IMG/VR virus record: IMGVR_UViG_3300032007_000002 | DNA from: a virus | Lineage: Duplodnaviria > Heunggongvirae > Uroviricota > Caudoviricetes | DNA: 64,000 nt | Strand: one strand, 5' to 3' | Shown: one piece after another, positions 9,565 through 18,167 of the stretch | Layout: every line of letters starts with the position of its first letter | Numbering within the stretch: the stretch's first letter is position 1 | Made by a program: the position numbers and the translations under genes | Notes under the pieces: generated by a model | What the model was told of the DNA's origin: nothing | Database searches by the model: none | Seen by the model: the letters and a program-made list of their open reading frames with translations, nothing else

Positions 9565-11862
9565 ATGGCTATGGCCGAATACGTTAAGCTGACAGTCAAC
9601 AATAGCGAGCACCGGGGTGACGACTACTACGTCAAGCTCACCCTGGCCAACGCCGATGCGGATGCCGAATACCGCGCCCGGACGTTCTTCTACTTCTCCG
9701 GGATGAACGGGTATTCCGGCAAGGCCGGTTACGGGCTATTTGGTAGTTTCGGTAACGGGTCCTATGTCCGCTATGACGACTGGGACAGCTCGTTCAGGCC
9801 ACCGCGTTCCGATGCGGACGCGTTCAATAACGAAGTCATCGTCGGGTTTGTCGGCGGTGTCGCCGAGCTTACCCTTTCCGGCAAGACCGAGAAGGGCGAG
9901 ACCGTGCCGCTGGACGATACGCTTTCCGGCCATTCCGTCGGGGACACTGTTACGCAGTTCCTCGTGGAGAAGCTGGACCATTCTGTCCCGATACTGTCCG
10001 TGTCTAGCGCGGGCGGCATCGTCACCGTCGTGACCGAGGGGCCCCATGCTTTCGATGACGGCGATGCGATTAGCATTTACGGCATCCCGGAAGGGGACAC
10101 TTCCGACCACCTCATGGGTGTTTCGGGAGAGCGCTACATGGGAACCTTCCGCGTGTCGGTCAACCCGGCAACGCCGAACCGGTTCACATACACGACTGGC
10201 CACTATTCCAATCCGGCAGCGCCTTATTCCGCTCTGGCCTCGGCTACGGCATCCAAGTGGACGCCGTGTACCTACGCGTTCCAGAACGCCACGATTGAGC
10301 CGGGCGACGACGACGTGTCCGTCGAGGTGTCTGGGCTGGGCAGGTCTGTCCGCGAAGGCGACTATGTCATGCTCACCGACTATAACGGCAGCCCGATACT
10401 TGACGTATGCGTTGCCGTGAAGCAGGTGGTTACCGTCGACAAGGTCGTCTTGGACTGCCCGCCGAGCATCGGTTCCGGTAGCGGCTACGGGATCCGTTTC
10501 TGTGGTTCCGCCCCGTCCCGTGCGATACCGGTGAACTGGCCCGCCTATGCGCTGGCCATACTGGAAAACTCTACCGTCTATGACCACACCGTGAACACGG
10601 TCAAGGTAGTCCCTACGAGGGACTCCGCGTTTTCCGCTACCGGCGGGACTGCGCGTGGCAAGGACACCGAGCTCGAAGTGTCTTCGAATTCCGTTGCCGT
10701 CTTCGGTTTTACGCCTCCGCTTGCGCTTGCCACTGACGATGCGGGTGCGGTTCTCAACCTGTTCGTTACCGGCATGACCAGTAGCCAGGGTACGCTCGTC
10801 ATTTACCAGATGAAGTCGTCCGGGTGGGAATACTCCATGCCGCTCGACACCGTGAAGGGCCTCATCAGCGACGTTCCCATCGCGAGCGCGGACATAAGGA
10901 ACCCAGGACTTGACGGGGGACCCGACACTTACATTTCTGTCCAGATACCCGGATCGGTTATCCGCAGGTGGATGACCGAGAGCAACCGTTACCCGATGGA
11001 TTTTGCCGTCATGTATGTGGGCACCGGGAAGGCCTATGTCCTTTCGTCGGAGTCCGAACATCCGCCATACATGGACATCAGCGGTGGTGCGAAGGCTGTC
11101 GAGGACCCGGAACTTTTCGCGATTGCCCCGCAGGTTCCGCATGCCGCGCCGGGCTCCCTTGTCCGGTTCACCGTCCAGGATGGGGCGGAGATTGACGACA
11201 GCGTGTTCTCCGATACGTTCTGGTTCGTGAGCCAGCGCGGGGAACGCCCGGAGACCGAGGCGTTCATCGTTTCCGGCTCCAACAAGTATATCGACGTGAT
11301 TGTCCCGGACGGGCTGAACGGCGACTACGTTGCCGTGCTGCGCGGGAAGCGTGCGGACGGTTCCGAGATTGACCTTACCGACGACACATGCCGTTTCTAT
11401 GTTGACGGCAACCCGCAGATGCGCGTGGTCAAGCTGGCCGACAAGATTGCCCCGGGCACGATCGGTTCCAGCAAGGTCGGCATCCGCGGCATATACACCA
11501 GGGACTTCGCGTTCGACGGGTTTGTCGACATTACCGACGGTAACTCGCTCATCCAGAACGTGTACAGCATCCTGCTCACGCGCAGGGGCGAGCGACTGTT
11601 CATGCCGTCCTTCGGGACGACCCTGGAAGACAAGATTTTCGACCTCCTCATGGACGGCGAGGAAGACGACATCCTTGCCGAGTGCATCGGGGAACTCCGC
11701 GAGCACGAACCGAGGGTCGAGGTCTCTATGCCCGACTCGTCCGTCGTCGTTGACGAGGGCGGTAACGGCATGGTCATTACGCTCGGTCTGATAATGCCCA
11801 CCGGCGTCCGGCAGGTCATCAGGCTTCCGTTCAAGCAGAGGGGAACCGGATGGCGCGGCTAG
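9565..11862 (+). CDS. gp25: Baseplate wedge gp25-like domain fused to ~630 aa of beta-rich N-terminal domains
   Basis: C-terminal SLIQNVYSILLTRRGERLFMPSFGT...EHEPRV is the gp25/GPW signature; alternative start 9571. Confidence 0.8.
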   Translation: MAMAEYVKLTVNNSEHRGDDYYVKLTLANADADAEYRARTFFYFSGMNGYSGKAGYGLFGSFGNGSYVRYDDWDSSFRPPRSDADAFNNEVIVGFVGGVAELTLSGKTEKGETVPLDDTLSGHSVGDTVTQFLVEKLDHSVPILSVSSAGGIVTVVTEGPHAFDDGDAISIYGIPEGDTSDHLMGVSGERYMGTFRVSVNPATPNRFTYTTGHYSNPAAPYSALASATASKWTPCTYAFQNATIEPGDDDVSVEVSGLGRSVREGDYVMLTDYNGSPILDVCVAVKQVVTVDKVVLDCPPSIGSGSGYGIRFCGSAPSRAIPVNWPAYALAILENSTVYDHTVNTVKVVPTRDSAFSATGGTARGKDTELEVSSNSVAVFGFTPPLALATDDAGAVLNLFVTGMTSSQGTLVIYQMKSSGWEYSMPLDTVKGLISDVPIASADIRNPGLDGGPDTYISVQIPGSVIRRWMTESNRYPMDFAVMYVGTGKAYVLSSESEHPPYMDISGGAKAVEDPELFAIAPQVPHAAPGSLVRFTVQDGAEIDDSVFSDTFWFVSQRGERPETEAFIVSGSNKYIDVIVPDGLNGDYVAVLRGKRADGSEIDLTDDTCRFYVDGNPQMRVVKLADKIAPGTIGSSKVGIRGIYTRDFAFDGFVDITDGNSLIQNVYSILLTRRGERLFMPSFGTTLEDKIFDLLMDGEEDDILAECIGELREHEPRVEVSMPDSSVVVDEGGNGMVITLGLIMPTGVRQVIRLPFKQRGTGWRG

Positions 11863-12767
11863 TACAGAGGGTCGGGTCGTTCTACATCGTCTACATGGAC
11901 GGTGCCTCGACCGGCTGGCGGAAAGTCGCCGAGGAGTTCGGCATGATCCGTGGTGGCGAGCCGCTGTCGTCTACCGTAATCCGCGAAGGGTTTTCCATGG
12001 TGAACGAGTATGGCGAGACCATGACGGGTACCCGGGTTACCGGGCGTTCCGTTGACATGGTCATTACCGAGGCGTCGGTCACCGGCGTGGTCGGCCGTAG
12101 CTCGGACCTCGTATCCATGCTGAACCATTTCCCGTCGAGTTCCTTCAAGCTGGGCGGGAAGACATTTTTCGGAAAGTACAGGACGGGCAACAGCCCGGGA
12201 CAGATGGTCTATGACCGGAACGGGACGTCGTTCCGCGTCGGCGTTGACGCATACCCGGACGTGGAGGCGATAAACGGCCTCGCATCCCGTCTTTCCGATG
12301 ATAACGGGCACATCTTCACTCCCGTTATCGCAAGGTACGTCTATACTGCCAGGGAGATGCCGAAGAACATGAAGGCTGTCGGCTATTTCGACCTGCGGAA
12401 CTATCTGCAGCTGGTACGTTCCGACATGAGCCGGCTGTTCATCGACAGGTCCGGGACTGACACCGACCTCGCTCTCGCGCTGCCGACTGGCCGCAAGCTG
12501 GGGGTCCGGGTGGTGTCCGCGGTGGGCGGGCGCATCGACATAGAGATATTTGGGCACACTGGCGTCATGGAGACCGGCGGGGCGAAGAATTACCGCCCGA
12601 TGGTAGTCCTGACGCTGGAACCGCTTCGCATCCGGGAGATGCGGTTCCCTATCCAGAAGGTGACGTTTGGCAAGACGACGGTCTTCATGACCCCGATAAT
12701 GTCGCTTTCGGGCGCCTGGGAGAGTTTGCATGGCGGAATTGACCTGTTGGCTCCTCCGGGCAAATAA
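11850..12767 (+). CDS. Hypothetical protein (305 aa)
   Basis: Overlaps the end of the gp25-fusion gene; codon usage like neighbours; no motif recognised. Confidence 0.7.
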   Translation: MARLVQRVGSFYIVYMDGASTGWRKVAEEFGMIRGGEPLSSTVIREGFSMVNEYGETMTGTRVTGRSVDMVITEASVTGVVGRSSDLVSMLNHFPSSSFKLGGKTFFGKYRTGNSPGQMVYDRNGTSFRVGVDAYPDVEAINGLASRLSDDNGHIFTPVIARYVYTAREMPKNMKAVGYFDLRNYLQLVRSDMSRLFIDRSGTDTDLALALPTGRKLGVRVVSAVGGRIDIEIFGHTGVMETGGAKNYRPMVVLTLEPLRIREMRFPIQKVTFGKTTVFMTPIMSLSGAWESLHGGIDLLAPPGK

Positions 12768-12855
12768 ATGGCAGTTCCGGCCTTGGATTCCCGAGTTCAA
12801 AATGGTATTTTTAGTAAAAACAAGTCCAAACACTGTATCACGGAGATAACAAGAT

Positions 12856-14109
12856 ATGGCAAAGAAAGCTGCTACTGTCGCAGACGATAACTTTTCGTTC
12901 TGCCGCGGAATGAAGACACACGACCGGTATGTTGACGCCAAGGTTGACCACCCGGACTTCGGTTTCCTCGACACGGGTTCCTACGCCCTCAACGCACTCA
13001 TGTGCGGTGACATTTACGGCGGTTACCCGAAAAACGCCTTCATCATGGCTGCCGGTAAGAAGGGTACCGGTAAGTCCGTTCTCGGCAAGAACACCTTCAT
13101 CCGTCCGCTGATGAAGGAAGGTTACTACGCTTTCCACTACGACACGGAAAACGAAGGCATGAACGAGCGTAAGCTCATCGAGGAGAACGGCTACATAGAA
13201 GGCCAGTTCTCGCTCATCAAGGAAGCTACTACGGTCGAACAGCTGTTCATTTCCGTTTCCGGTCTTCTTGACCAGCTCGAAAAGGACCGCGGCGATGCAG
13301 TCGAAGTGAAGCGCAAGGTCTGCATCATCATCGACTCCCAGGGTCAGCTTTCTACCAGCCAGAGCCTTGCCCACGCAAAGAAGGAAAATATTACAGCCGA
13401 CCAGACCAAGGCCAAGCGTCTCAACGAAATGTATCGCGGTATCGTGAACCGTTGCGGCAACCTCGGCATCCCGGTGTTCGTCACGAACCACGTCTATGCC
13501 CAGATTGGCCAGATGTTCGGCGACCCGACCACCATTGCCGGTGGCGAAGGCGGCCAGCACTCCCCGTCCATCATCATGCTCATGCGCAAGACTTACGAAA
13601 AGTTCGAAAACGGCGTTATCCAGGGCGTGGTGTTCATTGCGAAGATTATCAAGAGTCGTTTTGTCCGCGACAAGCTCGAAGTGCCTATCTACCTCGACTA
13701 CAAGCACGGCCTTGACCGTTACTACGGCTTGCAGCGCTTCGCCGAATCTGCCGGGCTCCTCGTCGAATACAAGAAGAAGGACTTCCCGGATCTTGAACCG
13801 GCCCGCGATGCGAACGGCCAGGTTGTTCGCAAGAAGTGCTATGTCCTGAAGGACCCGAACCGCGACCCGAAGACCTGGCTCGTCGTTCCCGAGACGAAGC
13901 TCCGTCGCAAGGAAACGATTGGCACAATCCTCGATCCTATTAACCAGTGGGTCAAGGAGAACTTCAAGTACACGGCCCCGACCCTCTGGACCGGCGAGTT
14001 CAATGCCGACGAGGACTATATCCCCACCGACGCCGACAAGATGTCCGTCGATGACGATTACGCCCCGGCAGAACCGCCCATGGAACAGTCGGGTGACTCC
14101 GAAGAATAG
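12856..14109 (+). CDS. uvsX: UvsX RecA-like recombinase
   Basis: DTGSYALNALMCG..GG, Walker A GKKGTGKS, YDTE, IIIDS, TNHVY, KSRFV. Confidence 0.92.
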   Translation: MAKKAATVADDNFSFCRGMKTHDRYVDAKVDHPDFGFLDTGSYALNALMCGDIYGGYPKNAFIMAAGKKGTGKSVLGKNTFIRPLMKEGYYAFHYDTENEGMNERKLIEENGYIEGQFSLIKEATTVEQLFISVSGLLDQLEKDRGDAVEVKRKVCIIIDSQGQLSTSQSLAHAKKENITADQTKAKRLNEMYRGIVNRCGNLGIPVFVTNHVYAQIGQMFGDPTTIAGGEGGQHSPSIIMLMRKTYEKFENGVIQGVVFIAKIIKSRFVRDKLEVPIYLDYKHGLDRYYGLQRFAESAGLLVEYKKKDFPDLEPARDANGQVVRKKCYVLKDPNRDPKTWLVVPETKLRRKETIGTILDPINQWVKENFKYTAPTLWTGEFNADEDYIPTDADKMSVDDDYAPAEPPMEQSGDSEE

Positions 14110-14110
14110 C

Positions 14111-14124
14111 TTTTTGCTATATTT
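14111..14124 (+). promoter_or_regulatory. Putative early/middle promoter TTTTTGCTATATTT (extended -10-like)
   Basis: Same motif precedes gp41, gp32, gp61, gp45 and gp46. Confidence 0.75.
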
Positions 14125-14140
14125 CTGTGGAGTTGAAATC

Positions 14141-14163
14141 GGGCGGTCCTTTCGGGGCCGTCC
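14141..14163 (+). other. 5'-UTR hairpin with UUCG loop
   Basis: GGGCGGTCCT-TTCG-GGGCCGTCC, no U-tract, lies between the promoter motif and the helicase ATG. Confidence 0.55.
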
Positions 14164-14188
14164 GGTTATACCGTAAAGAGATACAAAG

Positions 14189-15715
14189 ATGCCAGACGTT
14201 TTTCAACCGCAGGTCCTGGATTTTGGTCGCGAGGAACTCATATTGCAGACGTTCTTTGCGCGGCCTACCGTTGCCAGGGCGATGTTGCCGATTCTTGATG
14301 TGGGCTTGTTCGACAATAACGGGAACAAGTCGCTTGTCAAGCTAATCCGCACGTTTATCAAGAAGTACAATAAGCTCCCGAACTCACAGGAAATTTACAC
14401 GAGCCTGGAACCGGTCGGGATAGGGGGCGAGGTCAGGGACAGGTTGAAGTTCATCTGCGGGTCTCCCCTGCAGAAGATGGACGACAAGTATTGTTCCGAC
14501 ATGATTGAGAGTTTTTACCGGGAAAAGAAATTCCACGGGATTTTGGTCAAGCAGGCGGAGCACTGGCACAACCACGAGATGGATGCCGTCCGGGCGATGA
14601 TACCGGAAGTCCAGCGTGTCCTCGCGTTCTCGCTTTCCACCAACATCGGCCAGGAGTTCATCCAGGATGCTGTCGAGATGATGCGGCGCCTGAACAACCC
14701 GGAAGAAAGTATTCCGACCAGGATTTCCGCGCTTTCGATTTTCACAAACCAGAACCGTGACCCGGGCAAGTTCCACGGCGGGTATTACCGCGCAGCGGTT
14801 TCCCTTATTTTCGGCCAGCCCAACAAGGGTAAGACCCTTTGCATGGTGTCGGAAGGCGCCTTTGCAATCGAGAACGGCTACAACGTGGTCTATATCACCC
14901 TCGAAATGGGCGAGGAGAAAATCTGGAACCGTCTTGCCGCGAACGTTACCGGCAAGCCGCACTGGGAGTTCTTCGGCCGCAACGAGGAAGAGGTTGCACA
15001 GGAACTCAACGACTATGCGACGATGGTCAGCGCGAAGATCGGGAAGCCCTACGGGATGTTCCGCATCCTCGACTTGCCGACCACGACTACGCCGGAAGAG
15101 ATTAACACGTACCTCGACGAAATCGAGGCGGCTACCGGACGCAAGGTCGATCTGCTTATCGTTGACTACCTCGGTATCGCGAAACCGAACAAGGGTGGCG
15201 CCAACGGGAACAACATGTTCCAGGATGGCGTGGAAAAGTGCGAACAGCTCCGCGACATCGCGAAGAAACGCCGCATCGCGGTGCTTTCCGCGGTCCAGTT
15301 CAATAGGACGGGCTACCACAACATCTTCGCGGGCATGGAGAACGTGGAAGGTTCCAGCGGCTACAACAACACCGCCGACCTTATCTACTCGCTCACCAGC
15401 AACGACGCGATGAACGAGAACTGCTTCCGCATGAACATCATCCTGAAAAGCCGTTTCGGACCGGCGGGCAAGTCCTTCTCCACGAAGTGCGACTTCACCA
15501 CCATGCGGTGGCAGGCTACTACGCCGGAGGAAGAGGAGCAGTGGCAGGTACTCGTGAAGCAGGAAATGGAAGAGCAGCGTGCGCTTCGCGCCGGTGGCGG
15601 TGGGGGCAAGCGCGTCCCGGTGGATCCGTCCATCGAGCAGGTGTCCCCGGGTTCTACCGGAAACCTCCGTCCCGGAACTTCCAACAACTTGCTTACCGGC
15701 AGAAAGGCGTCGTAA
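14189..15715 (+). CDS. gp41: Replicative DNA helicase (gp41/DnaB family)
   Basis: Walker A GQPNKGKT, YITLEM, IVDYL, AVQFNR, KSRFG. Confidence 0.92.
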   Translation: MPDVFQPQVLDFGREELILQTFFARPTVARAMLPILDVGLFDNNGNKSLVKLIRTFIKKYNKLPNSQEIYTSLEPVGIGGEVRDRLKFICGSPLQKMDDKYCSDMIESFYREKKFHGILVKQAEHWHNHEMDAVRAMIPEVQRVLAFSLSTNIGQEFIQDAVEMMRRLNNPEESIPTRISALSIFTNQNRDPGKFHGGYYRAAVSLIFGQPNKGKTLCMVSEGAFAIENGYNVVYITLEMGEEKIWNRLAANVTGKPHWEFFGRNEEEVAQELNDYATMVSAKIGKPYGMFRILDLPTTTTPEEINTYLDEIEAATGRKVDLLIVDYLGIAKPNKGGANGNNMFQDGVEKCEQLRDIAKKRRIAVLSAVQFNRTGYHNIFAGMENVEGSSGYNNTADLIYSLTSNDAMNENCFRMNIILKSRFGPAGKSFSTKCDFTTMRWQATTPEEEEQWQVLVKQEMEEQRALRAGGGGGKRVPVDPSIEQVSPGSTGNLRPGTSNNLLTGRKAS

Positions 15716-15717
15716 AT

Positions 15718-15746
15718 AACCTAGTTTTCCTCGTGGAGGCTAGTTA
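15718..15746 (+). promoter_or_regulatory. AACCTAGTTTTC element with a hairpin covering the GGAGG RBS
   Basis: Recurrent motif; CCTC-gtg-GAGG stem plus possible CTAG/CTAG pairing just before ATG 15749. Confidence 0.55.
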
Positions 15747-15748
15747 TT

Positions 15749-16507
15749 ATGCGCATCGCCGGTATAGACCCTTCGATTTTTTCGACGGGCATGGTAATAA
15801 TGGACCTCGACGACAAGCTCGAGGTCTCTTCTATTAAGTTCCGCGGCTATACTACAATCGAGAAGTATGCCATCGAGGAGGACAATGTGAAGATTACCCA
15901 CATTGCCCCTGCGCTGAAATATGACAAGATGTCGATGCCGCACCGTATGTCGCTCGCCTATCCGCTCATTACGGAAGCCATGGAGGGTGTCCAGTATGCG
16001 GGCATCGAGGACTATGCGTATTCCAAGTTGAAGAAGGGTTCCGGCTCCATTGTCCAGGTCTGCGAGTTTTGCGGCGGTGTCCGCTATGCGCTGTTCCAGG
16101 CCGGGATTGGCTATCTCAATTATGGCATTCGCCAAATCAAGCGCTATGCTACCGGCAAGGGTTCTAACGAGGACGACGAGAAGATGCCGATGTGCCTGGC
16201 CTTCAAGGCGAGGTTCCCGCAATACTATCCGTCCGCGGTCTTCGACAAGCTGCGCCAGTTCGAGTCCCCGATGGCCGACTTGTGCGATGCGTTCTGGATG
16301 TGCGAAATTCTCCACCAGCACCTGCGCTACGAGCAATTTGGGGAGGAGGCCCTTTCCGAGGCCGACCTCCTGTTCCTGACCACGACGACTACTGCCGGGG
16401 CATCTTCGCTGGCGGATTCCTCGATTATAATGAAGGGCGTCGAATACGACCGCCCGAAGCGCAAGCCCAGGAAGCGCAAGAAGGCGAAAACGGGCCCGAA
16501 AACCTAG
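15749..16507 (+). CDS. RuvC-like Holliday junction resolvase
   Basis: N-terminal IAGIDPS, GIEDY, IKRYATGKG, DLCDA: RNase H-fold RuvC catalytic pattern. Confidence 0.82.
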   Translation: MRIAGIDPSIFSTGMVIMDLDDKLEVSSIKFRGYTTIEKYAIEEDNVKITHIAPALKYDKMSMPHRMSLAYPLITEAMEGVQYAGIEDYAYSKLKKGSGSIVQVCEFCGGVRYALFQAGIGYLNYGIRQIKRYATGKGSNEDDEKMPMCLAFKARFPQYYPSAVFDKLRQFESPMADLCDAFWMCEILHQHLRYEQFGEEALSEADLLFLTTTTTAGASSLADSSIIMKGVEYDRPKRKPRKRKKAKTGPKT

Positions 16508-16521
16508 TTTCCGGCAGGAAA
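16501..16521 (+). promoter_or_regulatory. AACCTAG TTTCC-ggca-GGAAA element
   Basis: Recurrent motif plus hairpin; its TAG is also the resolvase stop codon. Confidence 0.55.
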
Positions 16522-16537
16522 GTATAACGAGGCCTGT

Positions 16538-16966
16538 ATGTTCAGGACACCCGACGGGAAGAAGATTGCGGATGCGACTTCTGAACAGATTTTCAACGAG
16601 ATTAACGAATCCCTGAAAAAACCGCGGTACGAAGGCGACGCATGTATCGTCCTTACCATGCCTGCGAACCTTATCGCCAAGGCGGCCGAGAAGTTCAACG
16701 CAGCCATTTACGAGGCGTACCGCGACCTCGAAGACGAGAAGACTGGGATGACGCGCATCCTTGTCGCCATCGAACAGTATGTCGAGGTCGAGCGCTTGGC
16801 GCTCATGCTTGACAATGACATCAAGCTGATTCTCGCGAAGGAACACAATATCAAGGCAGACGAGGACGACATCGAGAACGCCAAGGCACACGCGGCGGAC
16901 GTGCTGTCCCACGAAGAGACCGAGACGGGCGAAGCCCCGGCCGGTATGGAGGATTTCAATGAGTAA
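16538..16966 (+). CDS. Small acidic protein, possibly a gp33-like late-transcription co-activator
   Basis: Helical ILVAIEQYVEVERLALMLDNDIKLILAKE recalls the gp33 core; lies upstream of gp32 as gene 33 does in T4. The ORF is solid, the function is tentative. Confidence 0.45.
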   Translation: MFRTPDGKKIADATSEQIFNEINESLKKPRYEGDACIVLTMPANLIAKAAEKFNAAIYEAYRDLEDEKTGMTRILVAIEQYVEVERLALMLDNDIKLILAKEHNIKADEDDIENAKAHAADVLSHEETETGEAPAGMEDFNE

Positions 16967-17786
16967 GTTTGTTGTACCGAATTTCAGGACGGCGGAAGCG
17001 AATTATAGGGCCGACGCGAAAGTGCGCAGCCACGCAAAGGCTGTCGAACTGCTTCCGGCTGTCGCCGCTACGCTGAACCTTCCGGTTGACCCGAAACGTC
17101 CGATGGACCCGAACGACCTCCATGCGGCAGGGACCGCAGTCGCGGTCGCCACGCCAGCATACACGAAGTGGCTCGCGTCCGTGCAGGAGCGCAACCCGCT
17201 TATCGGTCGCAAGCGCACGGACAAGGACGGTAACGTCATTGGCGACATGTTCGAGGCTGCGCCGGAATACGAGGCCGACGACGAGCAGACCAAGGCGTCG
17301 GAACCGATGCCGCAGGAAACCGTCGACCAGATTGGCCAGTTCAAGACGGACGCGGACGGCATCAACCGCTACCACATCAACGATGACTACGAGCCGTATA
17401 TGCCGAAGGAATTTGATCCGAAGCTGGACGGCGCCGCTGCCAAGCTCTCCGACCTATACGTCATCCAGAATGCTGTCGAAAAGCGCATCGGCTTCGACTT
17501 CAAGGATGTCATGGACGGCGTCATGGACGACTTGAAGGAGTTCCACATCGACGACCTCGATTTCGAGATGCCGGCCGAGGAAGACCTGAAAGCGAAGGTG
17601 CAGAAGGCAATCGGAGTGGCGGAGACCCGCCTGCGCCTGACCGACCAGTCCAAGCGGAACGCCGAACCCGAAGCCCCGGCCGAACCTGCAAAGGCGCCGG
17701 AAACGGTCGATGACATCTGCCGTCGCATTGCCGGAAAGTCTAAACAGGTGTCGGAAAAACTGGAGTCCAGTTCCGATGGAAAGTGA
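16959..17786 (+). CDS. Hypothetical acidic protein (275 aa)
   Basis: GGAGG SD; overlaps the previous stop; no motif recognised. Confidence 0.75.
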   Translation: MSKFVVPNFRTAEANYRADAKVRSHAKAVELLPAVAATLNLPVDPKRPMDPNDLHAAGTAVAVATPAYTKWLASVQERNPLIGRKRTDKDGNVIGDMFEAAPEYEADDEQTKASEPMPQETVDQIGQFKTDADGINRYHINDDYEPYMPKEFDPKLDGAAAKLSDLYVIQNAVEKRIGFDFKDVMDGVMDDLKEFHIDDLDFEMPAEEDLKAKVQKAIGVAETRLRLTDQSKRNAEPEAPAEPAKAPETVDDICRRIAGKSKQVSEKLESSSDGK

Positions 17787-18027
17787 AACCCGCCCGGCGC
17801 CGTTCGGCAGCCGGGAGCGTCTTGTCCAGGATATGCCCTGGCTTGAAAAGTGTAGTGTGACCGAGTCCAACGCGCATGCGGCGATCTGCGAAGGTTCCAG
17901 CGGCGTGTATGAGGTCAGCCGCAACGGGCGGACGGCCAACGTCATCGCCACGAAGGACTACACTTACATGTGGCCGGGGTTCTTTGGCGGCGAAGTGGCT
18001 GCCATGAGATACCTGTTCCAGAACTGA
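17776..18027 (+). CDS. Hypothetical protein (83 aa)
   Basis: ATG 17776 with GGAG upstream, overlapping the previous gene end; fills the gap before the gp32 promoters. Confidence 0.6.
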   Translation: MESETRPAPFGSRERLVQDMPWLEKCSVTESNAHAAICEGSSGVYEVSRNGRTANVIATKDYTYMWPGFFGGEVAAMRYLFQN

Positions 18028-18068
18028 TGTAAAAATCTTTTTACTCTAAAACGTTCCAGTTCCCATGA

Positions 18069-18114
18069 TTTTTGCTATATTTCACGGGAACAGGGACTTT
18101 TATATTATAAACTT
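18069..18114 (+). promoter_or_regulatory. Tandem promoters for gp32: TTTTTGCTATATTT (18069-18082) and late-type TATAAACTT (18106-18114)
   Basis: Both recurrent motifs occur in one intergenic gap. Confidence 0.7.
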
Positions 18115-18167
18115 GTAATACCTAAGTTCCAAACAACGTGGTCGATTTGACCAAAGAGGTGAAAACA

